The notes beneath the pieces were generated by a model. It was not told the origin of the DNA and did no database searches. It was given only the letters and a program-made list of their open reading frames with translations. From the NCBI GenBank assembly GCA_030324005.1, contig JARDVH010000193.1:84994457-85058456 (forward strand): 64,000 nucleotides of DNA, read 5' to 3'. Shown piece after piece: positions 39,490-52,128 of this stretch. Position numbers and translations under genes: made by a program. How positions within the stretch are numbered: position 1 is the stretch's first letter; each line of letters starts with the position of its first letter. Source of the DNA: Negaprion brevirostris. Its lineage: Eukaryota.

Positions 39490-40860
39490 GAATGCATGCT
39501 AGGTTTCTGAGGATAGTAAGGGTGGAGATAGCAGAAGCATTGACCACAATCTTTGATAACTGTTTTCATACTGTAGTTGGACATAGGAATAATAGCACAG
39601 GGCTAAAGGATTGCAAAGGTTGCACTCCAAAAAAAGGATAGGGAGAAACTTTGTAACCACAGGCCTAATGTAAGAGGTGGGAAAACTACTAGAGGCTCTT
39701 GTCAAGGACAAAATTAATTCCTACTTGGGCAGCTGTAAATTCTGTGTCCACCTATGGACAAATCCAGCATGGATTTGGTAAAGGTAAGTCCTCTCTGGCT
39801 TTCAAAAGGCATTTGAAGAATTATGATATAAGAGACTTAGTTAGAAAAGTATGTAGTTAGCTAACAGATAGAATGCAGAGTGTAGTGGTGAATGAATGCT
39901 TTTTCTGACTAGAGAAAAGCATGTGGTTGATCTGGGAATCACCTTAGAAGTATTACTGTTTGTGTTCATGAATAACCCGGACTTGAGTAAGTGAATTACA
40001 ATTTCAAAGTTTGCAGTTGATGTGAAACTTATCAACGTCGTAATTTATGAGTAGGTTGGTAGCTGACATCAGGATGACATAAATTGGTGAAATGGGCAGA
40101 CATGTAGCAGATGTGATTTAATGCAAATGAGTGTGATGTGATACACTTTTATAAAAACAACTTGAAGAATCAATGCAATCTAAAGGGCATTTCTGAATGA
40201 GTGGGACCACGGGGTGCATATTTAGAAGTCTTTGCTTGTGACAAGGCAAGCTGATAAGATAGTGAAAAAGATTCACTTCATTCTTGTATTATAACTTGGC
40301 TTTGTAAATAGAGATATTGAATAGTAAGACAAAGTCATACTTAACCATGCAAATTACTGATTAGGCCTCAATTGAGGACTGTGTACAATTATGGATGTCA
40401 CATTTTAGGAAGAATGAAAAGTCAAGAAAAGGATACTGTGGAGATTTACCAAGATATCAGGGTTGAGGGACTTTCAGTTATGTAGAGAGAGTGGAGATTG
40501 CTCATAGTAAAGGGAAATCNNNNNNNNNNATTCAAAATTGTAAGGGATTTTTGCAGAAAAAGCAGGGAGATAATGTTTCTCTGGAATATAGGTTCGTAGC
40601 CAAAGGTCATAGATTTAAAACAATGGGCAAAAGAGCTGTGGGGAAATTAAAAATTTCTTCACAAGAAGGTTGTTATAATCTGGAGTGCACCACCAGAAAG
40701 GTTTCGGAAAACAGATGGCTTAGAAGAAAATGGGGCATGTAATTGAAGAGGACTAATTTAGAGGATTTTGACAAAAAAAGTTGGAATGCGGGACTATATT
40801 GAAAAGCCCTTTCAAAGAGCTAGCATAGACATGATGGACCAAATGGCTTCTTGTACTGCA
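39490..40860 (+). mobile_element. Old degraded CR1 LINE RT-to-tail fragment
   Basis: cagcatggattt..aaagtttgcagttga (KFADD-like)..ttaggcctcaattgaggactgtgtacaatt..gatggaccaaatggcttcttgtactg. Confidence 0.75.
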
Positions 40861-41083
40861 AATAATAAAAGTAAATACAGTGTGAATAAAATTTGCATAA
40901 AATTCCAACATTGTATAGTTATATATAGTGTTTCCAAATCCTCCTTGTAAAAAGTCAGCAACAACATGACAAGACACTTCNNNNNNNNNNNNNNNNNNNN
41001 NNNNNNNNNNNNNNNNNNNNNNNNNNNNNNNNNNNNNNNNNNNNNNNNNNNNNNNNNNNNNNNGATCTTCACTCTGTTATAAT

Positions 41084-41330
41084 GTTCTCCATTGTATTTA
41101 GTTTTATTATAAGGCTTAGTTATAACTCTTGCTGTGTGATAAATCTTTCAGCTATAACTCTTGCTGTGTTATAAGGCTTTGAGCTATAACACTTGCTGTG
41201 TTATAATGTTCTTGATTGTAATGCGTGCTGTTTTATGCTTTCAGTTATTTTCCTTGCTGTGTTTATAAGTTTCTTGACTATATTGTACAATGATTTGAGT
41301 TATAATACACTTCACTGTAGTACTATGGAA
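41084..41330. repeat. Degenerate 32-bp minisatellite abutting an N gap
   Basis: Units g(c/t)tataac(t/a)cttgctgtgt(g/t)ataa....t(c/g)a start at 41119, 41151 and 41183, then decay. Confidence 0.85.
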
Positions 41331-42615
41331 TTGCTACACTGTCATAGACATAGTTGTTCATATGGACATAAAAAGCATAGCGCTATGAAGAAGAACAGAA
41401 GCTACCTGCTGCATTTATTTGCCTTTTAATGAAGGTAATTTGACCTATTGCTATTTGTGAAACTTTACTGTGCACAAATTGCCTGTTGCATTTGCCTATA
41501 TCACAACAGTAACTTCTAAAGTACTGCATTGGCTATAAAACATTTAGGTTCTTAAAGGCACTGTATAAATGCACATCCTTTTTTTACTGCTGATTTTAGG
41601 TGTTAGGATGCAAAGATTCTTTTGATAACTTTTTGATTTTCTTCTTGATGTCCTGGATATTTACAATAACACTGTTTTCTGTAACACACGTATTGCATCT
41701 TGTTATTATATTAGTCAGCCAGGGAGAACTTTCGGGCCAATGCAAAGTCAGTGTGCTGAAAGATGTAATCATTAATGCAAAGACAATAGCTCCATGCAAT
41801 ACCAACAACAGTGTTTAGCTACTTCAGTTTCCAGAACCTAACATGGAAACTTCCCTTTGCATGAACACATTTAAACTTAACTTCAGTGGTAAACATGTAT
41901 TGAGAGAGCTTTTGTTAGCTCAAAGGCTGTTTGTAAAAAAATTGTATTCCCAATTAAATATTAACATATTTGTATCTTCTTGCTATCCCAGAAATTGCGA
42001 GAAATGTGTCTAGTAAGCATTCTCAAATGACTTTGGGCAGATGGCTCATGAGAACTCTTCTCACAGCTGGTCATAATAAAGTTTGAAATCCAAAGTTCTC
42101 TTTCTCATACCAAAATAATAATTTTGTATGCTACATTGAAATTCTATGTTATTAACCCATAGCAAGGTCATCTTCTGTCTTTATTTAACATCAATGTACA
42201 AAGAAAATAAAAGTTTATTGCTTAGAAGATTAACACTAATAATAACAAATATTCAACCTCTCTAGAAAACACTGCTTGCTCTGATGTGAGGCTGTTTGCT
42301 TAACTGTAGTGCCAATGCTGATTGCTTATTCTCTACAAAACTTGGCCAGTGTTGTTCCTGGGACGGGTTACAATTTGACTAGTTGTGTTGCTGGGGCTGA
42401 TCATTAAGAGCTTTGACTAACTCTGATGGTGAAGCTGATTGTACAGCAGTTGGCTTTGTTCATGTGATGTTTCTTTGGTGACTATGCCTTCAGCTGCCTC
42501 AGCTCTATTCTCTAGAATTTCCTCATTAAATTTTTTCATCTCTCCTTTTAAAGTTGCAACATCAACCTCATCTCTTTGTCCTAATGTCTCCTTGTGTTGC
42601 TCCATATCACATTTG

Positions 42616-42899
42616 GAATCACAAAATACTACTACAGTGCACAAGGAGGCCATTTGGCCACAATTCACACAGGCCTTATCTCCATAACAAGGTGCATTTA
42701 CCCTACCTAGTTAGCCCCTGAACTAATGGCCAATCCACTTAACCCACACTTCTTGACTGTGGGATAAAACCGGGGGAAACCCACGCAGATATGGGGAAAA
42801 TGTGCAAACTCCACACAGACAGTGACGCAAGCTGGTAATCAAACAAGATCCCTAGCACTGTGAGGCAGCAGTGCTAACCACTGTGCCATCATGCCACCC
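42616..42899 (-). mobile_element. HE1-like SINE
   Basis: ctgtgaggcagcagtgctaaccactgtgcca (reverse head) and ctacagtgcacaaggaggccatttggcc (reverse tail). Confidence 0.85.
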
Positions 42900-43343
42900 A
42901 GAGTTTAATAATACCCCATGATATACTTTGGAATCTTTTTAACACATTAAGGGCGCTGAAGTTGCAAGTTATTTTTTCATATATTACTGAATTATATTCC
43001 TTTGTGGATTTTTTTCATAGGCAAAACATCCAAACCTAAGGAGGTGGACATGGTGCAAAAAGCAGAAAGATTTGCATTCATATAGCACCTTAAATGTTTG
43101 CCAAATGGACCTTAAAATTCCTTCACATGTATTTATTTTTGGGGTGCAACAAAACTGACGTTCAAACAAATGTACTTGAGATTAATGAGTAGCAAAATGA
43201 AACTTTCCTGGAGGGGGAAGTTTGAGGCCTGAAGAGGGTAACAAGTTTTGCATTGGAAGAAGAGTAGCCTTGAATTAGCAATCTTTCGTTTATTGCTGAG
43301 AGGTGTTGTAGGTCTATGTGTTTGGGGTATGAAGAAAACTGCC

Positions 43344-43580
43344 GGGATAGTTTCCTTGAACAGTGTGTGTTGGAGCTGACGAGGGAGCGAGCTATCTTGG
43401 ATCTGGTGTTATGTAATGAGGCGGGTAGAATNNNNNNNNNNNNNNNNNNNNNNNNNNNNNNNNNNNNNNNNNNNNNNNNNNNNNNNNNNNNNNNNNNNNN
43501 NNNNNNNNNNNNNNNNNNNNNNNNNNNNNNNGGGCTAGATGGCCTACTCCTGCTCCTATTTCTTATGTTCTTATGTTCTT
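43344..43580 (+). mobile_element. Young CR1: endonuclease segment, N gap, 3' tail (interior missing from assembly)
   Basis: DSFLEQCVLELTRERAILDLVLCNE, then 100 N, then ggcctactcctgctcctatttcttatgttctt. Confidence 0.8.
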
Positions 43581-43699
43581 AAATCGGTGCAAAAAAAAAC
43601 TCCAATTCCCTCAAATAAGCAAAGTAACATTGGCTCTGCATGAAACCACTGAGATTCTCTTAAAAGCTAACGGCAACTTCCCTACCACACAACAGTTTC

Positions 43700-44410
43700 A
43701 GGGGAGGTGTACTGGTAATGTCACTGGACTATTAATCCCAAAGCTCAAGATGTTTTGGGGATATGGGTTCAAATCCTACCAGGGCCAGTGGTAGATTTTA
43801 AATTCTTTAAAGAAATCTCCAATTGGAAGCTGGGTTCAGTTCTTGATTCACATCATGAAATATTACCAAACTCTGGGTGGCACGATGGCACAGTAGTGAG
43901 CACTGCTGTCTCACAGTGCCAGGAACTCAGGTTCGATTCCTGGCTTGCGTCATCTGTGTGGAGTTTGCACGTTCTCCCCGTGTATGCATGGATTTCCTCC
44001 AGTTGCCCCGGTTTCCTCCCACAGTCGAAAAATGTGCAGGTTAGATGGATTGGCCATGAGTGTCAGGAGGGAGTAGGTAGGGTAAATGATTGGGGTTATG
44101 GAAATAGGGCCTGGGTGGGATTGTGGTTAGTGCAGACTTGATGGGCCAAATGGCTCCTTCTCCACTGTAGGATTCTGAAATGATAATCCCAAAACTATTG
44201 TTGATTGTTGTACAAGTTAGTGGATCATCGAATTCATTAATTTATTGAGGGAAGGAATCTGCCATGTATTCATCTGAACCATGTATTCTCAGCAATGTGC
44301 TTGATTCTTAACTGCCTGCTGAGACGGAATAGCAAGCAACTCAGTTCATGGGCAAGGAAAAGGCAACATGGTCTTACTAGTGATGAGTATATTCTTTGAA
44401 GGAATTAAAA
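43700..44410 (+). mobile_element. Older tRNA-headed SINE containing a nested HE1-like SINE (43874-44177)
   Basis: The head ggtaatgtcactggact..gggttcaaatcc is followed by a complete HE1-like insert. The host resumes gagggaaggaatctgcc..actcagttc..gaattaaaa. Confidence 0.7.
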
Positions 44411-44666
44411 GAAAAAGAGCTTTTGTATATAAAAACAAATCATTTGTGTTGAGATTTGTTGGTTGCCTCTTCCTTTCTGGCCAGTGACTGGTGACCACAG
44501 AAATACCTGTTTGTTTAGGCAGTTTCCTGGGAGCAGAATTAGGGCTATTTTAGCTACTTGGTGATCATCACAAGCTTTTAGAATTGAGTTTAAAATGTAA
44601 CCATGCTGCCAAAGAACCAAGTGGCTGTATGATATCTCCCAGTCTATGCTCACAAGTGCACAGTAA

Positions 44667-44905
44667 CCATAAGAACATAAGAAATAGGAGCAGCAGTAGG
44701 CCATCTAGCNNNNNNNNNNNNNNNNNNNNNNNNNNNNNNNNNNNNNNNNNNNNNNNNNNNNNNNNNNNNNNNNNNNNNNNNNNNNNNNNNNNNNNNNNNN
44801 NNNNNNNNNCTGAACGCATCAGCTTTTAATTTAATACTCTCCTTTATTTCCTTCGATAACCACAGCTGGTTATCCCTTCTCCTACATTCCTTCTTTACCA
44901 TCGGT
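44667..44905 (-). mobile_element. Young CR1: tail, N gap, internal ORF2 segment
   Basis: cataagaacataagaaataggagc tail and NQLWLSKEIKESIKLK. Confidence 0.8.
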
Positions 44906-45802
44906 AAACCCAGCGATAAGATAGTTTGATTCAATCTAATAAAATCTGACTGACAGTAAAAGTAGATTTTATGAACAGATAATGCTGCAGAAGTGGTTGA
45001 CCTTTGAGCCCAAATTCCGTGTGCACTTCTGATAAATTATGCTTCACACCAGAACATGAATTCATAAAATCTACCCTTGCATATTATCACTGATCAAACA
45101 AGGTGCTAGATTTATTGGTTTTAAGTGTGATGAGGGTTCGGAGGGTTGGAATTGGTGTTCTCATAACTAGAAATGGTCTGATTACCCAGTCCCAACTGTC
45201 TTGGATTGAAGACAATAGTGTGGGTTTTCTCAATACTTATTTGGAGGAAATCTCTGCTTGTCTGATACAGGATGCTGGGCAAGCAGTGTGATAAGTGAAA
45301 GACAGTGGAGTGGTAGAGGTAGTGGTGAAGTAGAGCTGAGTGTGGTCATGTGGAACCTAATGTGTTTTTGAATAGTGTAATCAAAGAGTAACCTGTAGAT
45401 GAGAAATGGGGATGATTTGGGGCCAATGACAGGTCTTTGGAGATCCTAGAGGTAATGATGTAGAAGCAGGAGACACTACAATCCAAAAGTCAACTTGCAG
45501 TGATTTGCTGACCGTTTGAGATTTAAAGCGCTAGCTTTAGTAGATACCAATATGCTTGCTTTTGGAATACAGCCAGTTTATCACAAGTTTGCATCTGCGG
45601 TGCAATTCTTGCACAATATCAAAGCATTATTTTCTATTTCTCTCCTGTCCTGTAGTAACGATGCAAGTTCCTACATAGCTAAGATTGGGAACCAAATCCC
45701 AGTATAGGAATAATAGGGAACCTGTGTTGTAATTCATTCCCTAGTCCACAATGTTAATCAATTCATAAATTCTGCTACAAAATTATATATTTTTTCATAC
45801 AG

Positions 45803-45917
45803 AGTACAGCCGCTTTGAGTCTAAAATTCATGACCTTCGGGAACAGATGATGAATAGCAGTATGAGCTCTGGATCTGGCTCTCTCCGGACCAGTGAGAAA
45901 CGCTCGCTTTATGTCCG
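45803..45917 (+). CDS. dlg3: DLG3 (SAP102) coding exon, 115 nt: end of PDZ3 / linker to SH3
   Basis: Bounded by ttttttcatacag| and |gtaagt. Phase-1 translation is (E)[37 protein letters not shown](R), with the DLG3-type residues ESK, SSMSS and TSEKR. Confidence 0.96.
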
Positions 45918-46889
45918 GTAAGTTTGTTATTCAGGTGAGGAGAAAGTTCATTTTCCTTGGATGTACCCAAGAATTTCAGTTAGAAAGAGGTGACACAGTA
46001 ACCAGTAATTTAATCAAAAAATCAGGCCAACTTGTCATTTATCCCCCTTTTAATTTGATGTTGCTACATACTGTGATGTTACTGGCACTATACTACTCTG
46101 AGAATACAGAGGTTGGCACATCCTCTATGTGCCAACAGCTTGGCTTCTAAAGTGAGTCGTTTAGATAGAAGATCAAAAGGGAAATATGGCAGATCAGTAG
46201 CTGGTAGCCCTGTATTGACATGAGAGGTGGAAAGGAGATAGAAGAGAAGCAGCTGGAAAACATTTATCATCAAAGCCATGTCCAGCTNNNNNNNNNNNNN
46301 NNNNNNNNNNNNNNNNNNNNNNNNNNNNNNNNNNNNNNNNNNNNNNNNNNNNNNNNNNNNNNNNNNNNNNNNNNNNNNNNNNNNNNNATATAAGCAGCTG
46401 TAAAACATTTATCATCAAAGCCATGTCCAGCTGGAAAGTGGAACTCTCTCAGAAAGCAGAATTCTGAGCTAGAGGCTGCTGATATTAAAATCTGAGAGAG
46501 AAACTACACTGAAGCGAAGAAGGCTTCCTAATTGTAAAGATAACTCGTGGATGGTAACTGTTTGTTGGATTTAGGTCATAGAATTATATTGTATGAGGTG
46601 ATTGTTTTGGGACAAAGGACATTTCTCAAGGAGTTCAGGAACATAGGTAAATGGGAATGGGGTTAATTCCAGAATATGGTATGCATGGCCATTAGTGTGG
46701 TTAAGTGGTTTGCTTCGTATTGTGGCTTTTTTTGTTGTGTTTTTACATGTTAAACATTTTTTTGAGAGGTTACAACAAGACTGGACCCTTCCCTTGCTGT
46801 CCCCACGTTATATCAAATTGAAAAAATACACTCTTGAGAACCAGTATTCCAAGTTACCCTTCTGGGTTACGGGATGCTCTTGTGTCTGG

Positions 46890-47940
46890 CATCAGTGGGG
46901 CTTTTAATGCTATTGCGAACAATTGATTCAGCGAGTATATTCCTCTCACTGCCTCCACTCTGCACATAAGTGGAGGCAAACTACTGGCTTGGTTAGAGAA
47001 TTTAGTTAGAAGGAAGGAGACAGTAAATGCGTACATACTCAAATTGGCAGGATGTAACTAGTGGTGTTCCCTAGGAATCTGTACTGGGGCCTCAATGTTT
47101 CACTATTTATAAACTACAAGGAAGGGAAAAGGAATAGAGTGATGTCCATCTAAGTTTGCTAACAGTACTATGTTAGGTGGCAAAATAAATAATATCAAAA
47201 GGAGCAGAAATTTGCAAAGGGGTATTGAGTAGATAAGACTGTGGTAGATGATTTCGGTGTTGGAAAGTAAGAAAGATGGGTGGGAATATTTCACAATAGA
47301 CAAGAAGCTGGGAACTGTGAACAGAGAGATTTAGGTGTCCAAATGTGGAAATCACTAAAACCTGATGGCCAGACACAAAAATAATCAAACAGGCTAACAG
47401 AATACTATCATTTATCTCAGTAGGATTTGAATACAAAAATGGAGTGGAAGTTATCCAATGATGTGGTGGGAGCCATCTCGAGTGAGTTCTGGGCATCCCA
47501 TCTAAAGAAGAGTGGTGTAGTGCAGATTCACTCAAATTATATCAGGGCTGACAGGGTTGTCTTTTCAGAACAGGTTGTTTAGATGTGACTTACATTCTCC
47601 TAAATATAAAAGACAAAGGGGTGAATCACTTGAGGTGTTAAAATGATCAAATGAATTGATAGAGTAGACAGAAACTATTTCCTCTGGTGGGGAAGTCCAA
47701 AACAAGGGGACATAACCTTAACCATTTTTAACAAATTAGGGATTGTGTCAGAAATCACTTTGCCCCAAAGAGAATAGTGGAAATCTGAAGCTTTCAACCC
47801 ACCACTGAAGGAAAAATAGGCTAATGAGTGTTAAATAGATTTTTGTTAGGCAGGGATTTTAAGAGATACAAATTAAGATGGATAAATACAGCTAATAAAC
47901 TGATCAACCCCAATTTATTTGAATAGTGGAATGGACTCTA
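46890..47940 (+). mobile_element. Degraded CR1 LINE fragment within the 2.2-kb intron
   Basis: actagtggtgttccctaggaatctgtactggggcct (SGVPQGSVLGP-like), ctaagtttgct (KFA), and ..aacaaggggacataacct. Confidence 0.8.
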
Positions 47941-48119
47941 TAAATCCTGTGCTTAGTTGTGCATCTGTTCATCGATGATTGACATTAACATTATAATTCC
48001 CAGATCTAACTCTATCATTGTCCTGTATTTGCAACTACTGTTCATTGCCTTGTAGTTGATGCCTAAATACTCAGTATCTGTTTTAAGCTCACTTATTTCT
48101 TTTACTGTTTGTTTTTCAG

Positions 48120-48296
48120 TGCTCTCTTTGACTATGATAGAACCAAGGACAGTTGTCTACCAAGTCAAGGGTTGAGTTTCTTGTATGGTGATATTTTACA
48201 TGTTATTAATGCCTCTGATGATGAATGGTGGCAAGCACGACTTGTTACACCTCATGGTGAAAGTGAGCAGATTGGTGTCATACCCAGCAAGAAACG
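48120..48296 (+). CDS. dlg3: DLG3 coding exon, 177 nt: SH3 domain
   Basis: Bounded by tgtttttcag| and |gtaagt. It encodes [58 protein letters not shown](R) and joins the previous exon in frame (CG|T). Confidence 0.97.
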
Positions 48297-48399
48297 GTAA
48301 GTAAGAAATTCTTATACTGACACATCAGTGCATTGAATCATCCAGCAATTTGCTTATCTCTCCTGAAACGTATTTAAGCCTTTTGATGTCAGGTGCATC

Positions 48400-49470
48400 A
48401 AAATCCCTGGCAAAAACTTCATGCCCTAGTCAGCAAATCCATCAAACTCCCTGATACTTATTCGGGCTACAGCAGATTGTTCACAACTTTAGCATTCTAT
48501 TCGATCCTAAAGTGAGCATCCAATTCCATATCCTCTTTGCCACAAAGATCCTCATACCTCTACCTCCATAACCTTACAATCTATGCCTCTTTCCATGTCT
48601 TCCCACTGTTGAAATGTTCATTCATGCTTTTAGTACCTCCAGTCTCGACTATTCCAATATTCTTTGTCACGTCTCTCATCTTTCACACTCGATAAACTGG
48701 AGCACATTCAAAACTCTGCTTTCCATATTCAAACTTGCATGAAGTCCTGCTCAACTATTGTTCCTGTGCTCTCTGTATTACAGCAATATTTTGATTTGCA
48801 TCCTCACTTTCAAATTTCTCCACTCTTCCATCTCTGTACCCTCTTCCAATCTTAAGAACTCTGCATTCCTCCAACTTTGACCTCTTCTGGACTCACACTC
48901 CCTTCACCTCATCCTCAGTTCCTGTGCCTTGAGCTTTTTAGGCCCTAAGCTCTACAATTCTGTTCCTAGATCGCTCCATCTTTACTGCTTTAAGCCACTC
49001 CTTAAAACCTACATCTTTAACCAAACTTTTAGTTACACCCTCCAAATATCTCCCTCTTTTAGCTCAGTGTCAATTTTTGTCTGGTTATTTACTCAAATGA
49101 TGTGTTTTGAAATGTTTTCCTATGATAAAACATAGGGGGTCAGCACAGTGGCACAATGGTTAGCACTGCTTCCTCACAGCGCAAGGGATTCGAGCTCAAA
49201 ACCCAGCTTGGGTCACTGCCTGTGTGGAGTTTGCAGATTCCCCCCTTATCTGCGTGGGTTTCCTCCAGGTGCTCCGTTTTCCTCCCACAGTCCAAAGATG
49301 TGTGGGTTAGAAGGATTGGCCATGCTAAATTGCCCTTTAGTAACAGGAGAGGGGGACTAGCTAGGGTAAATGCATAAGGATAGGGCCTGGGTGGGATTGT
49401 AGTTGGTGCAGACAGTGGACCGAATGGCCTTCTGCGCTGTACTATAAAGTTGCTATATAAATAAGTTTGT
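48400..49470 (+). mobile_element. L2-like LINE 3' fragment with an HE1-like SINE (49136-49445) inserted near its end
   Basis: cattcatgcttttagtacctccagtctcgactattccaat..KLEHIQNSA..ccactccttaaaacctac, then the SINE head at 49140, then the host end ataaagttgctatataaat. Confidence 0.75.
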
Positions 49471-50035
49471 TTTTCGAGTTCAATACAAAATTGGTTATTT
49501 TTTTTGAAGTTATGAAGTGAATTTTCCTATTCTTCCAATTACTTAATTGAAAAAATATAGGGCTTCTCCATCTCTCTAAACATTAATATTGCACTACTTA
49601 TCCTATGATGCAGTTAGAAGCTCAGTATTAACTTGAAGCAAATTCCCTTTTAGTTAAATTGTACCATTTCAATCCTCACTTGAAAATTCTGTAATGAACT
49701 GCTTTTTATAATAGAAAAACTTTCCCAATGATGAGTTCAAGATATTGAATTACCTTTGTGAAAGGAAGTACATTTATACACTGTTGCCCTGCTGGTGCCA
49801 CAGAAACAAAGAAAATAAAGACTTGCATTTAGATAATACTTTTCATGACCACTGGACATCTCAAAGTGCTCTACAGTAAATGAAGTACTTTACTGACACA
49901 TTATAAGAAGCACGGCAGCCAACGTTTGAAAAGCTAGCTCATGCAAACAGCAATGTGATAATAGCCAGTTAATCTGTTTTTGTGATGTTGATTGGGGGGG
50001 AGGGGGGATACATATCAGCCAGGGCATTGTGAGCA

Positions 50036-50639
50036 CCCTTATTTAACAACTACAGGCCAGTTAGTCTAACATCAGTGATGGGTCAGGTTTTGGAATCCTT
50101 AAATCAGGGGAAAAAAACAACAGGCATTTGGAGAGGTTTGAGTTAATTAAGGAGAACCCACACAGATTTATAGGCAGATTGTGGTTGACTGATCTAATTG
50201 AAGTTTTTGATGAAGTAACGGAGAAAATTGATGCAGGAAATACGGTGGATCTTATCGAATGGATTTTAAAAAAATGTTTGACTTAGTATCACATAACAAG
50301 GTGGTTAACAAAATGGAGGCCTATGGTTAAGAGTGCTAGCGTACAATTGGATATATTGGCTTAAGAACAGAAAGCAGTGAGTTGTGGCAGATGGTTGCTT
50401 TTTGGAATTGAGGGAGGGAGACATGTTCCAAAGGGTTACCACATTTTTGCTATACATAAATGACTTAGATCTTAGAGTACAGAATTGAACTATAGCAAAC
50501 TTGGAGAATGGCAAACTGGATGGTACAAATTGTCTGCAACAGGATGGCAACAGGTTTGCAGAACTTGCAGATAAAATTTAATACAGAGAAGTGAGAGATA
50601 ATGAATTTTGGCAGAAAGAATGGGGAGAGGTAATATAGG
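50036..50639 (+). mobile_element. CR1 LINE RT fragment
   Basis: aactacaggccagttagtctaacatcagtgatggg (NYRPVSLTSV.G), followed by further RT motifs. Confidence 0.85.
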
Positions 50640-51231
50640 NNNNNNNNNNNNNNNNNNNNNNNNNNNNNNNNNNNNNNNNNNNNNNNNNNNNNNNNNNNNN
50701 NNNNNNNNNNNNNNNNNNNNNNNNNNNNNNNNNNNNNNNNNNNNNNNNNNNNNNNNNNNNNNNNNNNNNNNNNNNNNNNNNNNNNNNNNNNNNNNNNNNN
50801 NNNNNNNNNNNNNNNNNNNNNNNNNNNNNNNNNNNNNNNNNNNNNNNNNNNNNNNNNNNNNNNNNNNNNNNNNNNNNNNNNNNNNNNNNNNNNNNNNNNN
50901 NNNNNNNNNNNNNNNNNNNNNNNNNNNNNNNNNNNNNNNNNNNNNNNNNNNNNNNNNNNNNNNNNNNNNNNNNNNNNNNNNNNNNNNNNNNNNNNNNNNN
51001 NNNNNNNNNNNNNNNNNNNNNNNNNNNNNNNNNNNNNNNNNNNNNNNNNNNNNNNNNNNNNNNNNNNNNNNNNNNNNNNNNNNNNNNNNNNNNNNNNNNN
51101 NNNNNNNNNNNNNNNNNNNNNNNNNNNNNNNNNNNNNNNNNNNNNNNNNNNNNNNNNNNNNNNNNNNNNNNNNNNNNNNNNNNNNNNNNNNNNNNNNNNN
51201 NNNNNNNNNNCTGGATTGACACATGAAGGAA

Positions 51232-52128
51232 AAGTCCAAAGATGTGCGGGTTGGGTTGATTGGCCGTGCTAAAATTGCCCTTAGTGTCCTGGTTAAAGGG
51301 ATTAGTGGGTAAATATGTAGGGATGTGGGGATAGGGCCTGGGTGGTATTGTGGTCGATGCAGACTCGATGGGCTAAATGGCCTCTTTCTGTACTGTAGGG
51401 TCTCTATGAAATAAACTCACGGGACTATGGGGTGTGGGACTGGCTGGATTGCTCATTGGGAAGCCATTCTGAACTCAATGGAGTTAGTTACACTGTGACT
51501 TTAAAAGTAATAAAGTTTATTTATCAGTCACAAGTAAGGCTTACATTAACACTGCAATGAAGTTACTCTGAAATTCCCCTAGTCTCCACACCCCGGCGCC
51601 CGTTCGGGTCAATGCACCTAACTAGCATGTCTTTCAGACTGTGGGAGGAAACTGGACCACCTGGAGGAAACCCATGCAGATACCGGGAAAATGTGCAAAC
51701 TCCACACAGACAGTGACCCAAGCCGGGAATCAAATCCGGGTCCCTGGCACTGTGAGGCAGCAATGCTAACCACTGTTCCACCATGCCGCTCAGGACAGCA
51801 GGGATAACTTAGCTGTGCATTTTCAAAATAGCGCTGTTGGGCAGCACAGTTACAGTGTGCTTGCCACAGTTGCCTCACAGCGTCAGGGACCTGGTTTGAC
51901 TCCAGGCTTGGGCCACTGTCGGTGTAGAGTTTGCATATTCTCCCTGTGTCAACGTGGGTTTCCTCAGGGTTCTCCAGTTTTCTCCCACAATCCAAAGATG
52001 TGCATGTTAGGTGGATTGGTCATGGTCAATGGAGAGGATTATGGGGTTAGGGCAGAGGATACATCCTAGGTGAGGTGCTGTTTTGAAGGGTTGGTGTTGA
52101 TAGGCCAAATGGCCTCTTTTGCACTTTG
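51232..52128. mobile_element. SINE cluster: HE1-like 3' part (+, 51232-51409), type-2 SINE (-, 51510-51790), HE1-like (+, 51838-52128)
   Basis: The same head and tail signatures as the other copies, in alternating orientation. Confidence 0.85.

Noticed and set aside
41084-41330. CRISPR-like appearance of 32-bp repeats
   Set aside because: There are no unique spacers and no cas genes, and the context is a vertebrate intron.
46247-46433. Direct repeat aagcagctg.aaaacatttatcatcaaagccatgtccagct on both sides of a gap (same pattern at 58317-58370 / 58471-58524)
   Set aside because: Near-identical sequence flanking a 100-N gap is typical of unmerged overlapping contig ends, so it is probably an assembly artefact.
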